Notes under the pieces: generated by a model
What the model saw: only the letters and a program-made list of their open reading frames with translations
Told to the model about the DNA's origin: nothing
Database searches by the model: none
Shown here: positions 30,191-40,628 of the stretch, one piece after another
How positions within the stretch are numbered: position 1 is the first letter of the stretch
How the letters are laid out: each line of letters opens with the position of its first letter
Program-made: the position numbers and the translations under genes
DNA from: a virus
Lineage: Duplodnaviria; Caudoviricetes
DNA: 64,000 nt
Virus record (IMG/VR): IMGVR_UViG_3300042878_001023
Location: 1-64,000 of that record
Strand: one strand, 5' to 3'

Positions 30191-33100
30191 TAGTAACAAG
30201 TTTTTGAGTTATCTTCTAAGTTTTTGAATAAATCATCTTCATTTGATTCCTTTGCTTCTTTATAATCAGAAGCTTCAGTTTCTTTATTTTCAAAGAATGT
30301 TTTAGCATCAGTTTTAGTTTGTTCTGAAGCATCAACAGTTTCTTGTGATGGTTTTTCTGTCTGAGTCATTTGAGTTTCTTTTGAAGGTTTAACAAAATTA
30401 TTTTGAAGCTCCTCTTCAGTTACTTCTCTTTTTGTATCTCCATACTTTAATATAACAGAATTTTCTTTAATATCTACTACTTGTACCGGAGAATCTTGTT
30501 CTGTAAAGTTAGTAATATCTTGTAAAAGATCACCTTTTTTCAATGAATTGATATCAACATTATTCTCTAACTCAGCTAATCTATTTTGATATGCAGACTC
30601 TATTTGAGCTAACTTGAGTTTATTCTTAGACATCTTAGACATCAACTCTTTTTTCTTATTAAATAACTCAGTAGTATCTTTGATTTTTGCAAAGGCTTCT
30701 GTTGCTTTATTTACTTCAGGAGTTAGTTCAGCAAGCTCATCAATAGAAGAATTAACTATTTTTTGGAGTTCATTAAAAGGGATTTCTTTTGTTTCTCCTG
30801 CTTCCTCCATTCCAGAAACTCCCTCTGTTGTTGATCCGGTAGGGCTTTGAATCTCAGATACACCAATGTTTGATTCATCTCCGGATTCTGCTCCGAAGAT
30901 TTTGTTAAGGTCTTGTTCATAATCTTGTTTTTTAGCAATTCTATTTGTTTCTGTTAAGTTAATTAAAACTAAGTGATCAAGTAAATCTTTTAATACATTA
31001 ATTTGTCTATTGGTAGCAGCTACTCCAAAAGGATCATTACTATACATTTTAAAAGTTTCATATTCTTTTAATGCATCTATTGTTTTTTGGATACCATTTC
31101 TAAGTGCTTCTAACTTTTTAGCACCTCTACCTAATGCTGATATACCTTGTAGTCTTACTTCAGTTAGTTCTTTAGGAAGATTCTTTTGCATAATCATAGT
31201 TACCTCTTCCTGAACTTTAGGTGAGGCATCTGATAAACTATGTATTTTTTTAAGTTCTTTTTCTATGTCTTGAGGTTTAGTACCCAAGCTGTTTTTCTGA
31301 AAAGAATTTGGTAATCTGTTTAAAGCAAATATTACATCATTAGTATTACCCTCATAAATAAATACTTTGTCATCTGTAGATAAACTGTCTCTTTCTGCAT
31401 TAAGTCTATCAATCTCTTCTTTACCTTTATTGATTTTACTCAATATTGATTGAGGAGATAAGATAGCTAAATCTTGTTTTACTTTTTTGATTTGTGAAGC
31501 AGGAGCATTTTGTCTCTCTAATTCACTAAGTCTTTGTTGAAGATTAGCTTTTGCTGCATAAGTACCAGTAATCTTTTGTCTTAGTTTTGCAATTTTACTA
31601 TTGATAGCAAGTATGATGTTATCAATGTCTTCTCTTCTCTTATCATTTTTAAAATAAACCAGTTGGTTTATATCACCAGAAGGACTTCTTGATACAGTAT
31701 ACCTTACACCATTTACAATTGCTATTGTTTCATTCTCATCTTCAAATGCTGCATCAATAACTTGATTGTTGATTACAGAAATTTGACCAACTTTTTTTAC
31801 AGGAGTAATCAAAGATAAACCAACACTAGTAATTTCAGAAGAACCATTAGTTGCAGGCTTTCCTTCAGAAGTAACTGTATATATTTCTTTACCTTTTTTA
31901 GTCTTTTGTAAGTCATCAATTTGTTTTTGAATTTCTTCAGCTTTATCAGGATCACCGAATTCCCCTTTAGCAAAAGCCAAATCAGCCATCAATCCTGTTA
32001 AATTACCTTCTTCATCAATACCTCCTATCAAAGTTTCAGACATAGATTGTTCAAAACCTAAATCAACTTCAACTCCATATGACCCATCAGCTTGTAAAAT
32101 CAATGTTCCAATTCTACCATTGAAAACTACTTGTTTACCTACATTATCATTAAGTGTTAATTTAGATGTGTCAGATGTTTTTGTTTGTGTAGATGGTTTA
32201 ACTTTTTCAACTTCTTTTGTTTCTTCACCAGGTGTTTCAACTTCTGAAGAAATTTCAGGTGCAGACATAGTAATACCCTTACCTTCCACATCAGGTAAGT
32301 ATTCAAGCTCAAGTGTATTAAATAACTTAGCCGTGTTTGATACTAATGGTACTAACTCACTATCCCTAGTTTTTTCTCCACCAACAGTTACACTAGTAAC
32401 ATATGGTGTAGCATTTTTTAAAGTAATCCTCATTGGAAATAATGCAATCCTTGGAATAACTCCCGTCATGTTATGATACAAGTTTCTATAAATAGAAAGC
32501 TGAGCTCTATATGCAATATTTTTCCAGCTGTTTGGTTTGTTGAAACCATTCCATGATGTAGATGTTTTAATATCTACAATCATAATCTCACCTTTATTAT
32601 TAATCAAAACCATATCTGTTTCACCAGATGCACCATTTTCTAATAAATTTTTATCAAACAGTTTAACATTGTTTGTTAATGGTGTAAAATTTTGAGCAGT
32701 CAGACTTTCTCTAAATCTTGTAACAACACCTCTAATCCCAAACATTTCATCAAAAGCTTTCTCACTCATTATGTCTGAAATCTTAGCTTCTTTACCTTCA
32801 ATTTCTATAGTGTCACTATATTTGAAAGACTTCCAAGTACCAGTTCCAGCATCTATAGTAAAGAATGTTCTTACAGCAGCATCAAGATTAGTACCAGCTT
32901 CAGAGTTATTTGAGAATGCCTCTTTACCAATAAGCTTTCTAAAGTTTTCTTCAGTTGTGTTTTTTTCTAAAGAAGCTCTTATTCTAGCTTTTTTATCTTC
33001 TGTGTTTAACTGTTTATATGAATCCCTAGCTGCAATAGAAAATGCTTCCCAAGCTTTGTTAAAAGCATCTGAATCACCTTTTTTAATATGATCATTATAC

Positions 33101-36100
33101 ACACTAAAAAACACATTTACTATTTTGTCAACATTGTCATCTGAATAACCTGGTTTTTTTTCATCAGATAATTCAGTAGCAATACCATCAGAAATAGTAG
33201 TAGCTCTTGTAGTTAGTTTTGAATCAGGATCTCCTGCAAACTTTCTACCTATCTTGTTTCCATCTTCATCAAATACATCTTCAAGTTCATCTTGTTTACC
33301 TTGAACATTTTTTCTAAAACTGTTAAATACTTTTTCTGCTACACTTATAGGTTGTAACTTTCCTTGTTTGTACTGTAGGAAGGTTTTAAGTTTCTGAACA
33401 TCTTCACTGATTTCATTGATATCTTGTTCTGAAAGTTTAAATTCAGTAGAACCATCATTAAAGATTTTAGTCTTTAATGTAGCTTCCATTTTATCTATAA
33501 TAACATTTAATGTTCCTGTAGGCATACTAGCCTCAATTTTTATACTTTTAAAGATTCTAGAAGTTAATACAGGAGGTTTAGTTAAAGCTTCAGCTCTTGC
33601 TGCACCTTCTGTTTTTACCTGCTCATTATATTTTTTAAGTAATTCTAGACCTTCCTTCTCAATCCAGTTTTGTCTAATCTCTTCATATCTTTTGATATTA
33701 GTGTCCATTAAACTTTTTGGATCCATCTCAAGTTCATTAGTCAAATATGTATTAAATTCAGTATCAATCTGAGACTGAAGATCTTCTGGAAAATTAGCAT
33801 AACCCATTTGTGGAGTAAACTCATCAACAGTAGATTTGTCAACACCTTTTTCTTTATACTTATTAAGTATCTGATTTTCTAAAGCTGTATATCTTTCATT
33901 TATTTGACTTACTCTTTCTTCATTTACTTTAAAGCTTTTAGTACCCTCAATATCAGTCAAAGATTCTTTTTCTTTTTTAAGTACTTCTTTTTGCTCAGCA
34001 ATTTTTTCAGCTAATAATGTAGGAGATTTTTCAGATAAAACATATATTCTGAAAACTGCATTATCTATTGTATCTGGATCAGCTTTCTTAAATTTACGGT
34101 TGTAAATTGCATCAACAGCATCATTATCTATTTCATTAGGATTTAACTCTAACTCTTCTTTAGTCAACAACTCATCAGAAAGTTTTATTATTTCAGCTGA
34201 GTCAATAGGATCTTTACCTACTAGTTCTAATAAGTTCTGAAGCTTACCAATTTTTTCTGTTGCAGCTTTTTGATCTATTTCTAACTGAGCATTTGCTTCT
34301 TCAGCATCTTGGTTTTTTGCAGTTGCTTCTTGTACTGACATACCAACCTCATCAATAAAAGATTGATCATAGTCTTGAGCCGCAACTCTTAGTTCATCAT
34401 TTTTATCTTTTGTAAGATCTGTTAACTCATCATCCAGCTTTTGTTTTTCTGTAGCAGGATCACCAGCAGGTTTCTTTTGAGATAAACGGGCAGCTTGTAT
34501 AAATATTACTGCATATTTTTCATAAAGAACACTGTCTTTATTAATTACCATTTCTTTTGTGGTATCAATAAAATACTCTGGTAAATAGTTTTCAGGATCT
34601 TCAACAAATTTTGCAAATTCTTCTAAGTCAACAAAAATACCATCAGCAGCTAATGTGTTTAAGATTTCATTTCTTTCAACATTAGTAATCTCTTGATTTA
34701 CAATATCTTTATAGTATTCTTTTCTGTTGTCATACATTCTTTTCATCCAGTCAAAGTTTCTGTTTACACTTTCACGGAAACCTGCAGGATCTGCAAGAAT
34801 ATTTATGTACTTAGCAGTATTTAATTGTTCATGTTTTAAAAAGTGTATGTCAATTAATGAATCAAACAACTTTTTATGACCACCAAGATTATCAATTTCA
34901 TTTCTTAATGTAACTTTATTTTCTTCTGAACCAGCAATTGTTTCAAGTAAATTCTCAAATGCGTTAAAATACTCATTCATTTCAGGTGTTACAGTACCTT
35001 CATTAATTGCATTCAACAATAAATTAAGATTTTCTCCAGAATTACTATCCTGAGCTTTTTGAAATCTATCTAAAGCTTTTAATAACTCTCTCTTTTGTCT
35101 TACTTGAGCTACAGCTTCTGGTAAAGTTGATGTTTCTCCCGACTCAATATCTTGTTTTAAATAATTTATTTGTTCATTTAGTTTAACAGCATCAGTGATA
35201 ACATCAAAATTTGAAAATGGATTACTGGAAATTGATTTTAACTTATCCAGTTGTTTATACATATTACCTAATCTATCAATATGATCATCAAATGTAGACT
35301 GTAAAAAGACTAAGCTATTAATAGATTCTTCATAAGCTTTGTTATAAATTATAGCAGCAGTATATTCTGGAGATCCTTCTTTATACTGTTGTGGATCAAC
35401 ATAGTCTTTAAACTTATCTTTAGCCATTTTATATCTTGCTGCAGTTACTTTTGCTGAACCTATAACTTTATCAATATTTTGTAATGCTTTCTCACCTTGT
35501 CCTGGTTCTAATGACCAAGCTTGTTCTAACTCTTCAGGTGTAGTATTTTTATATTCTTTTAAGTTATCAAGAAAAGTATCATATGTACCTGTTCTTAAAG
35601 CAGTTTGAACAGAACTTTGGAATGCAGCAAACTCAGCATCTTTTAAAACTTTTGTTTCAACATTATCTGGATTGTCAACCATTTTAGCAGTCAACATCTG
35701 ATTTGAGTAGTTGTTTATTCTTGGGTCAAAAAAGTACTTTGCATTCTTATGCATGTTATTCAAAGAGTTAACTATTGCATCTGCTTGAGCTTCTCTTTGT
35801 TTTACATACTCTTCATTTACTGCTTTATCCTTAAAGATTCTGCTGAAGTTTTTAGTACCAAACTTAAACATCTTGCTTGGACCTTCCAACAAACTACCCA
35901 TCAAAAACCCAGATGCAAATGTTTCTCCACCTTGTGCATTTAATTGTTTGTCTAAACCATCAAACATTGCAGCTAACCCGTATCTGTAACCTCTTACAGA
36001 AGGATTATAAAAACTATCTACATAATATTTCTCAACAGCAGATGCTAATGCCTCCTGACTAATTTCTTGAATACCTTCCATTAAATTACCTTTAAAGTAA

Positions 36101-37482
36101 TTCAAGCCAAGTTTACCCCATTGCTTAGGGCTCTTTAATGCTTTAATAGAATTCTTTAAAGAAATTGCTTCTTTAGTATATGCTGCTTTTGCAATGTCAT
36201 CTGCAGGATTGAACATGATTTGAAACTCATTACCAACCTCACCTACAACTTTTCCAAAATTAAGTCTAGGTGCACCCTTTAAAAACTTTGCTCTTGTTAT
36301 AGAAGGAAATGCAACTTTGTTTGAATAGAATACTAAACCAGTATTGTAAAGTGTATTTTTGAAACCAGCTTTTTTAGAATCCAACATCATTTCTTGTTGT
36401 AATTCTATAGAAGGAGCTTTACCATGTTTTGCATAGTAATCATTGTATAACCTGTTATATACATTTTGCTCAGAAAAACCACCCTCTAATCTACCTTCAG
36501 ATAAGGCCATGTTTATACCCATGACATCATGCCAGAAAGCACCAGCAGTTCTTGCAGTTCTTGCAAGCTTGCTAACATCATCTGTTTCTTTTAATAACTT
36601 TACAGCATCTAAAGTATTTTCAAATGGGTTTATAAATTCAGCTGTTTTTTTACCTATTGTTCCTGCAGTATTCCAAAAGTTCTTAGCATTGTTTATATTT
36701 TTTAATGCCTGAAGAGATTTAGTAATTTTACCAATGTTCTTAGCAGATTGAAATAATGCTGAAGGAAGTTTAGTTAAAGCTTTCATACCTCCTAACGCAC
36801 CACCAAGAAGATTTAATTCTCCTCCAGTTGCTGCTCCAATAGCACCACTAACCATAGCTCCTTCTACAGCACCTTCAAGTAATATACCCGCGGAGTAAGA
36901 AACAGAGTTTAATAAGTTAGTAGCAAATCCACCTATACCACCTCTACTTGAGTATCCAATGGAATTGTAGTATTCATAATCTTTTGCTTCTTGTCTATCT
37001 GCTCCTACATCTCCAGAACCTAGGAGCTTACCGTAGGAATGTATAGGTGCTAAAAATCCTAATCCTAACATTGGTGCGGCAGAATGTTTCAACCATCTAC
37101 CCATGTCATCAAATGTGCTTGTATTTTGATTGTAAATAGCTTCATTATTTACTTGTGGATCAAAACCAATTCTGTTATAAGTATCTTGACCATAACCTTT
37201 ATATCTAGCTTTAAATGATGCACTAGAAGGACTGTTATCAAATGTAAATGTCTTACCATACTCATTGTCATCACGCAATGTAGTCTGAAGCATTTTTTGT
37301 TTTTGTATTACTCCTTGTACATGATCATTTAAATCTTCAACCGGATTAACAGACTTAGTAGCAATAGCAGGTTTATTTGGTGTTATACCAGCTGTAGCAT
37401 CATTAATATTTATTACCTTATTTGTAATAGATGCATTCTTTAAATCTAAACCTGAGCCAGAATTAATTATAGTCTTAGCCAT
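30190..37482 (-). CDS. giant virion ejection protein with PD-(D/E)XK nuclease-like domain
   Basis: 2430 aa. Gly/Ala-rich hydrophobic N-terminal region, MEGIQEISQ motif and GETDMVLI...IVDIKTS...YRAQLSIY. Confidence 0.75.
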   Translation of the reverse strand: MAKTIINSGSGLDLKNASITNKVININDATAGITPNKPAIATKSVNPVEDLNDHVQGVIQKQKMLQTTLRDDNEYGKTFTFDNSPSSASFKARYKGYGQDTYNRIGFDPQVNNEAIYNQNTSTFDDMGRWLKHSAAPMLGLGFLAPIHSYGKLLGSGDVGADRQEAKDYEYYNSIGYSSRGGIGGFATNLLNSVSYSAGILLEGAVEGAMVSGAIGAATGGELNLLGGALGGMKALTKLPSALFQSAKNIGKITKSLQALKNINNAKNFWNTAGTIGKKTAEFINPFENTLDAVKLLKETDDVSKLARTARTAGAFWHDVMGINMALSEGRLEGGFSEQNVYNRLYNDYYAKHGKAPSIELQQEMMLDSKKAGFKNTLYNTGLVFYSNKVAFPSITRAKFLKGAPRLNFGKVVGEVGNEFQIMFNPADDIAKAAYTKEAISLKNSIKALKSPKQWGKLGLNYFKGNLMEGIQEISQEALASAVEKYYVDSFYNPSVRGYRYGLAAMFDGLDKQLNAQGGETFASGFLMGSLLEGPSKMFKFGTKNFSRIFKDKAVNEEYVKQREAQADAIVNSLNNMHKNAKYFFDPRINNYSNQMLTAKMVDNPDNVETKVLKDAEFAAFQSSVQTALRTGTYDTFLDNLKEYKNTTPEELEQAWSLEPGQGEKALQNIDKVIGSAKVTAARYKMAKDKFKDYVDPQQYKEGSPEYTAAIIYNKAYEESINSLVFLQSTFDDHIDRLGNMYKQLDKLKSISSNPFSNFDVITDAVKLNEQINYLKQDIESGETSTLPEAVAQVRQKRELLKALDRFQKAQDSNSGENLNLLLNAINEGTVTPEMNEYFNAFENLLETIAGSEENKVTLRNEIDNLGGHKKLFDSLIDIHFLKHEQLNTAKYINILADPAGFRESVNRNFDWMKRMYDNRKEYYKDIVNQEITNVERNEILNTLAADGIFVDLEEFAKFVEDPENYLPEYFIDTTKEMVINKDSVLYEKYAVIFIQAARLSQKKPAGDPATEKQKLDDELTDLTKDKNDELRVAAQDYDQSFIDEVGMSVQEATAKNQDAEEANAQLEIDQKAATEKIGKLQNLLELVGKDPIDSAEIIKLSDELLTKEELELNPNEIDNDAVDAIYNRKFKKADPDTIDNAVFRIYVLSEKSPTLLAEKIAEQKEVLKKEKESLTDIEGTKSFKVNEERVSQINERYTALENQILNKYKEKGVDKSTVDEFTPQMGYANFPEDLQSQIDTEFNTYLTNELEMDPKSLMDTNIKRYEEIRQNWIEKEGLELLKKYNEQVKTEGAARAEALTKPPVLTSRIFKSIKIEASMPTGTLNVIIDKMEATLKTKIFNDGSTEFKLSEQDINEISEDVQKLKTFLQYKQGKLQPISVAEKVFNSFRKNVQGKQDELEDVFDEDGNKIGRKFAGDPDSKLTTRATTISDGIATELSDEKKPGYSDDNVDKIVNVFFSVYNDHIKKGDSDAFNKAWEAFSIAARDSYKQLNTEDKKARIRASLEKNTTEENFRKLIGKEAFSNNSEAGTNLDAAVRTFFTIDAGTGTWKSFKYSDTIEIEGKEAKISDIMSEKAFDEMFGIRGVVTRFRESLTAQNFTPLTNNVKLFDKNLLENGASGETDMVLINNKGEIMIVDIKTSTSWNGFNKPNSWKNIAYRAQLSIYRNLYHNMTGVIPRIALFPMRITLKNATPYVTSVTVGGEKTRDSELVPLVSNTAKLFNTLELEYLPDVEGKGITMSAPEISSEVETPGEETKEVEKVKPSTQTKTSDTSKLTLNDNVGKQVVFNGRIGTLILQADGSYGVEVDLGFEQSMSETLIGGIDEEGNLTGLMADLAFAKGEFGDPDKAEEIQKQIDDLQKTKKGKEIYTVTSEGKPATNGSSEITSVGLSLITPVKKVGQISVINNQVIDAAFEDENETIAIVNGVRYTVSRSPSGDINQLVYFKNDKRREDIDNIILAINSKIAKLRQKITGTYAAKANLQQRLSELERQNAPASQIKKVKQDLAILSPQSILSKINKGKEEIDRLNAERDSLSTDDKVFIYEGNTNDVIFALNRLPNSFQKNSLGTKPQDIEKELKKIHSLSDASPKVQEEVTMIMQKNLPKELTEVRLQGISALGRGAKKLEALRNGIQKTIDALKEYETFKMYSNDPFGVAATNRQINVLKDLLDHLVLINLTETNRIAKKQDYEQDLNKIFGAESGDESNIGVSEIQSPTGSTTEGVSGMEEAGETKEIPFNELQKIVNSSIDELAELTPEVNKATEAFAKIKDTTELFNKKKELMSKMSKNKLKLAQIESAYQNRLAELENNVDINSLKKGDLLQDITNFTEQDSPVQVVDIKENSVILKYGDTKREVTEEELQNNFVKPSKETQMTQTEKPSQETVDASEQTKTDAKTFFENKETEASDYKEAKESNEDDLFKNLEDNSKTCY

Positions 37483-37485
37483 TTT

Positions 37486-40400
37486 TTATATAATTTTTAG
37501 TCCTGCGTTTTTGAAACTTTTACCAAATGCTTTTTCCATATTCATTTTCTTTTGAGTATCCTCAAGATTATGAAAATTTGTATAAACTTCTTTAAGTTTT
37601 ACATTAGTGTTATGCATGTCTATCATTATTTCAGACATTTTAGTATCAATGTTATTTCCATAAGGAACTGTTTCATTTAATGAATATTCAATGAATTTAC
37701 CATTATCATCAATAGAATTTATTTTACCAGTAATACTATAATTACCAGTTACATTATCTCTTCTGACTACATAGTTATGACCATAACTAGGATCTACATA
37801 ACTCAAACCTTTTCCGGTGTTCATTATAGCTTCAGTAGGTGTTGTTTTGTTAGATTGATATAAATTATTTTTCCAGTTTGATTGAGGAGCCATGAAAGTA
37901 ATACCATTAGCCTTAATCTCATTTATGATTGCAGCATCTTCTTTTTTATCAAAGTATTTGTCTATAACAGATTGTGGTATATTACCTACTGTCATAGCAC
38001 CTAAACCACTATCTTCCATACCTACTTGATGCTGAATAAGTTTGAATATATCAGGCTTATCTTTTTGAGCCTTATTATTTGACAGTGCTGCTAAATCAAA
38101 CATCATATTCTTTAATTTCTTCAAATTAGATTGATTCTCAGCTAAATAATCAGAATCATATTTAGAATCTAAAACATTACCTTTTGTAGATATTCTAAAA
38201 TTTGTTGGATCATTTAAGAAGTTAATACCTTTGATATCTTGAACAAACTGTTTAAAGCTTGTTAAGTTCTCATCTCTTCTTCCAAGGTTAACAGGAACAG
38301 ATGAAGGTCTAGCTGCTAAAGTAGCTCTACCAGTATTAATATCAATATCTGTTTTTCTATATGATAACAAACCTAATTTATGATTAGGGTTAGTTGTAAT
38401 TTTATCATATGCTTCTGATAATATTTGAGCAAAAGGAACTTTATTAACTGTTTTAGTTGGTCCTGGAGCAAATCTAGCGTTTGCTTCATTCATTTCAGTA
38501 TTTTTCCAAGTTGTTTTTACTACAGAAGTTTTATTACCTTCTCCAGTTTTATCTAAGAACTCTTCTATATAATCATCAAAATCTTCATCATTATACAATT
38601 TACCAGAAACATATTTTTTTACATAAGCATCAATAATTGAATACTTTGCTTTATCTGATAAATTAGTTTCACCCAATGAAGCATATAACTGTTTTTGTAT
38701 TCTACTATCATTATCTTTTTTAATCTGCATGTGAGCAGAATATTTAAGCTGAACTTGATCTAACTTAAACAATGCTAATGGGTTTGAGTTGTATGATTCA
38801 GATGTTGTCAAAGCATCATTTTTTTCAGCCCAAGTATCCATTCTTTTCTTTAAATCAAACATTTTTGAACCCAATGTTAATTCTTGAACTAATTTTTTTC
38901 TTCCTTCTGGAGTATCTGCTTGGTTATTATATTTTTCCCAAATCTTATCAACCCATTTATTATTTTGACCAAGTAAATAAGCTAAGTCAGCTTTCTTAAT
39001 TTCTTTTGAATCAATTCCTTTTCTGATATTATCAATCCAGTGGTTAAAGTATTCTCCAGCATTTTTATCAGCATCTTCTAAAAATAAATTTCTGTTATCT
39101 TTTAGAATACCAATATTTTTAATAGCTGTATCACCGGCTTCAATTTCTTCAAGAGATTGACCAGGTGTTCCTATTGGAACAACTTCTCCCTTTTCATTTA
39201 GCTCAGCAAAACCATTTTCAAGTTTATATTTAAGAATTACATTGTCAGCATCCGCATTTTTTAACATTATATCTCTTTGAAATTTGATGTTATCTCTAGC
39301 AATTGCAGCTGAATTATTAGCAGCATCTCTACTCATGTTATGAGAATGTCTTACTTGTTCTAAACCTAATGGATTAACCTTATAGTCTAGAATCATATCT
39401 TTCTTAGCAAAAATATCTGAGTTAAGTAATATATCTTTCTCAGCTAAATATGCAGCTAAGTTAGAGTCTACCATTTCTCTTGCCAATTCAATATTTTCTA
39501 AATCTAAGCCATCTACTGTAGGAGTAGGTGTGTCTGTATATGGAGATGAGTTACCCCTGTTAATTTGCTCATTTAACTTAGAGTTGTGTTCATAAACAAT
39601 TTTATCAACCTGCAATGCTTGATTGATTCTTTCCATGTAAGCTGGTTGTTTCACATTTACCTTTCCTGAATCAATATCATTTTGAACTATGTTAGCTTTA
39701 GATTTATTTGCATCTAATACTTCTTCAGAAGTCTTAGTTTTTTCATTTGTGTAATCTTTTAAAATTACATACTGTTCTTTTAAATATTCTTGCTCTGCTA
39801 ATAATTCATTACCCTTATATTTTTCAGCTTTACCTTTAATCTCATCTTTTCTTTTAACATAAGCCTCTGTTGCATACTTAGCTTGTAATGATGGATCACT
39901 AGCATAAGCTGATAAAAACATTTTTTGTATAGTTGGTAATATTAAATCTCCATTTTTTTGTCTCACCAAATACATACCAGACTTATCTGGTTGAGTTATA
40001 TCAACAGATAAATCCATTTCTTTTGCCAAGTCTTTATACTTTTGAAAAGCATCAACATTTGGAGTATAAGTAATATTATTAAAACTAAGAACATCTTCTT
40101 TAGCAGCATTCTTAAATTCTTCTAATCTATAGTCCATATCTTTAATACCAGTATTCCAATAACCAGAACTAACTTTAGGATCTCTAGCATTTTTTAATGC
40201 AACAGCTCTTGATTTTTCATTGTCATAGTTTTTGGTAAGAGCCATGTCTTTCATCAAGTGAGCATCTTCATAAAGAGGCTTAAATACTTGTGTTGCTTGG
40301 TCAACATTTTGTTGTAGAGATAAATCTAAAGCACTAACTCTTTTTAATTCATAGTCAACTTTTTTTAAATAGTCATCTTTGATTTTAGTACTATCATCTC

Positions 40401-40569
40401 TAGTAACTCTTTGATGATACAACTCACCATATAAATTATTTAACGCTTTATAATTTGAGTCATACTGGTTTTGTTTTGTTTGCAAAACATGAGCATAGAA
40501 ATTCAAATCAGGTTGAAAGGTTTGATAATCTGGAATGTAGTCAGTTACACCTTGTATATATGTTGCCAT
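37486..40569 (-). CDS. virion internal/ejection protein
   Basis: 1027 aa with a helical N-terminus (FQPDLNFY...KQNQYD). Lies between the cargo genes and the giant ejection genes. Confidence 0.65.
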   Translation of the reverse strand: MATYIQGVTDYIPDYQTFQPDLNFYAHVLQTKQNQYDSNYKALNNLYGELYHQRVTRDDSTKIKDDYLKKVDYELKRVSALDLSLQQNVDQATQVFKPLYEDAHLMKDMALTKNYDNEKSRAVALKNARDPKVSSGYWNTGIKDMDYRLEEFKNAAKEDVLSFNNITYTPNVDAFQKYKDLAKEMDLSVDITQPDKSGMYLVRQKNGDLILPTIQKMFLSAYASDPSLQAKYATEAYVKRKDEIKGKAEKYKGNELLAEQEYLKEQYVILKDYTNEKTKTSEEVLDANKSKANIVQNDIDSGKVNVKQPAYMERINQALQVDKIVYEHNSKLNEQINRGNSSPYTDTPTPTVDGLDLENIELAREMVDSNLAAYLAEKDILLNSDIFAKKDMILDYKVNPLGLEQVRHSHNMSRDAANNSAAIARDNIKFQRDIMLKNADADNVILKYKLENGFAELNEKGEVVPIGTPGQSLEEIEAGDTAIKNIGILKDNRNLFLEDADKNAGEYFNHWIDNIRKGIDSKEIKKADLAYLLGQNNKWVDKIWEKYNNQADTPEGRKKLVQELTLGSKMFDLKKRMDTWAEKNDALTTSESYNSNPLALFKLDQVQLKYSAHMQIKKDNDSRIQKQLYASLGETNLSDKAKYSIIDAYVKKYVSGKLYNDEDFDDYIEEFLDKTGEGNKTSVVKTTWKNTEMNEANARFAPGPTKTVNKVPFAQILSEAYDKITTNPNHKLGLLSYRKTDIDINTGRATLAARPSSVPVNLGRRDENLTSFKQFVQDIKGINFLNDPTNFRISTKGNVLDSKYDSDYLAENQSNLKKLKNMMFDLAALSNNKAQKDKPDIFKLIQHQVGMEDSGLGAMTVGNIPQSVIDKYFDKKEDAAIINEIKANGITFMAPQSNWKNNLYQSNKTTPTEAIMNTGKGLSYVDPSYGHNYVVRRDNVTGNYSITGKINSIDDNGKFIEYSLNETVPYGNNIDTKMSEIMIDMHNTNVKLKEVYTNFHNLEDTQKKMNMEKAFGKSFKNAGLKII

Positions 40570-40628
40570 AGTTTTTTTTTCTATTGTAAATCTATAAATT
40601 TTTTATGTTTATCATAAACATGTTAAGT

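Noticed and set aside
32185-32200. Third copy of the vRNAP repeat (KPST, aaccatctac) after the nuclease domain
   Set aside because: Only about 10 bp match and the inverted arms are missing, so it could be chance.
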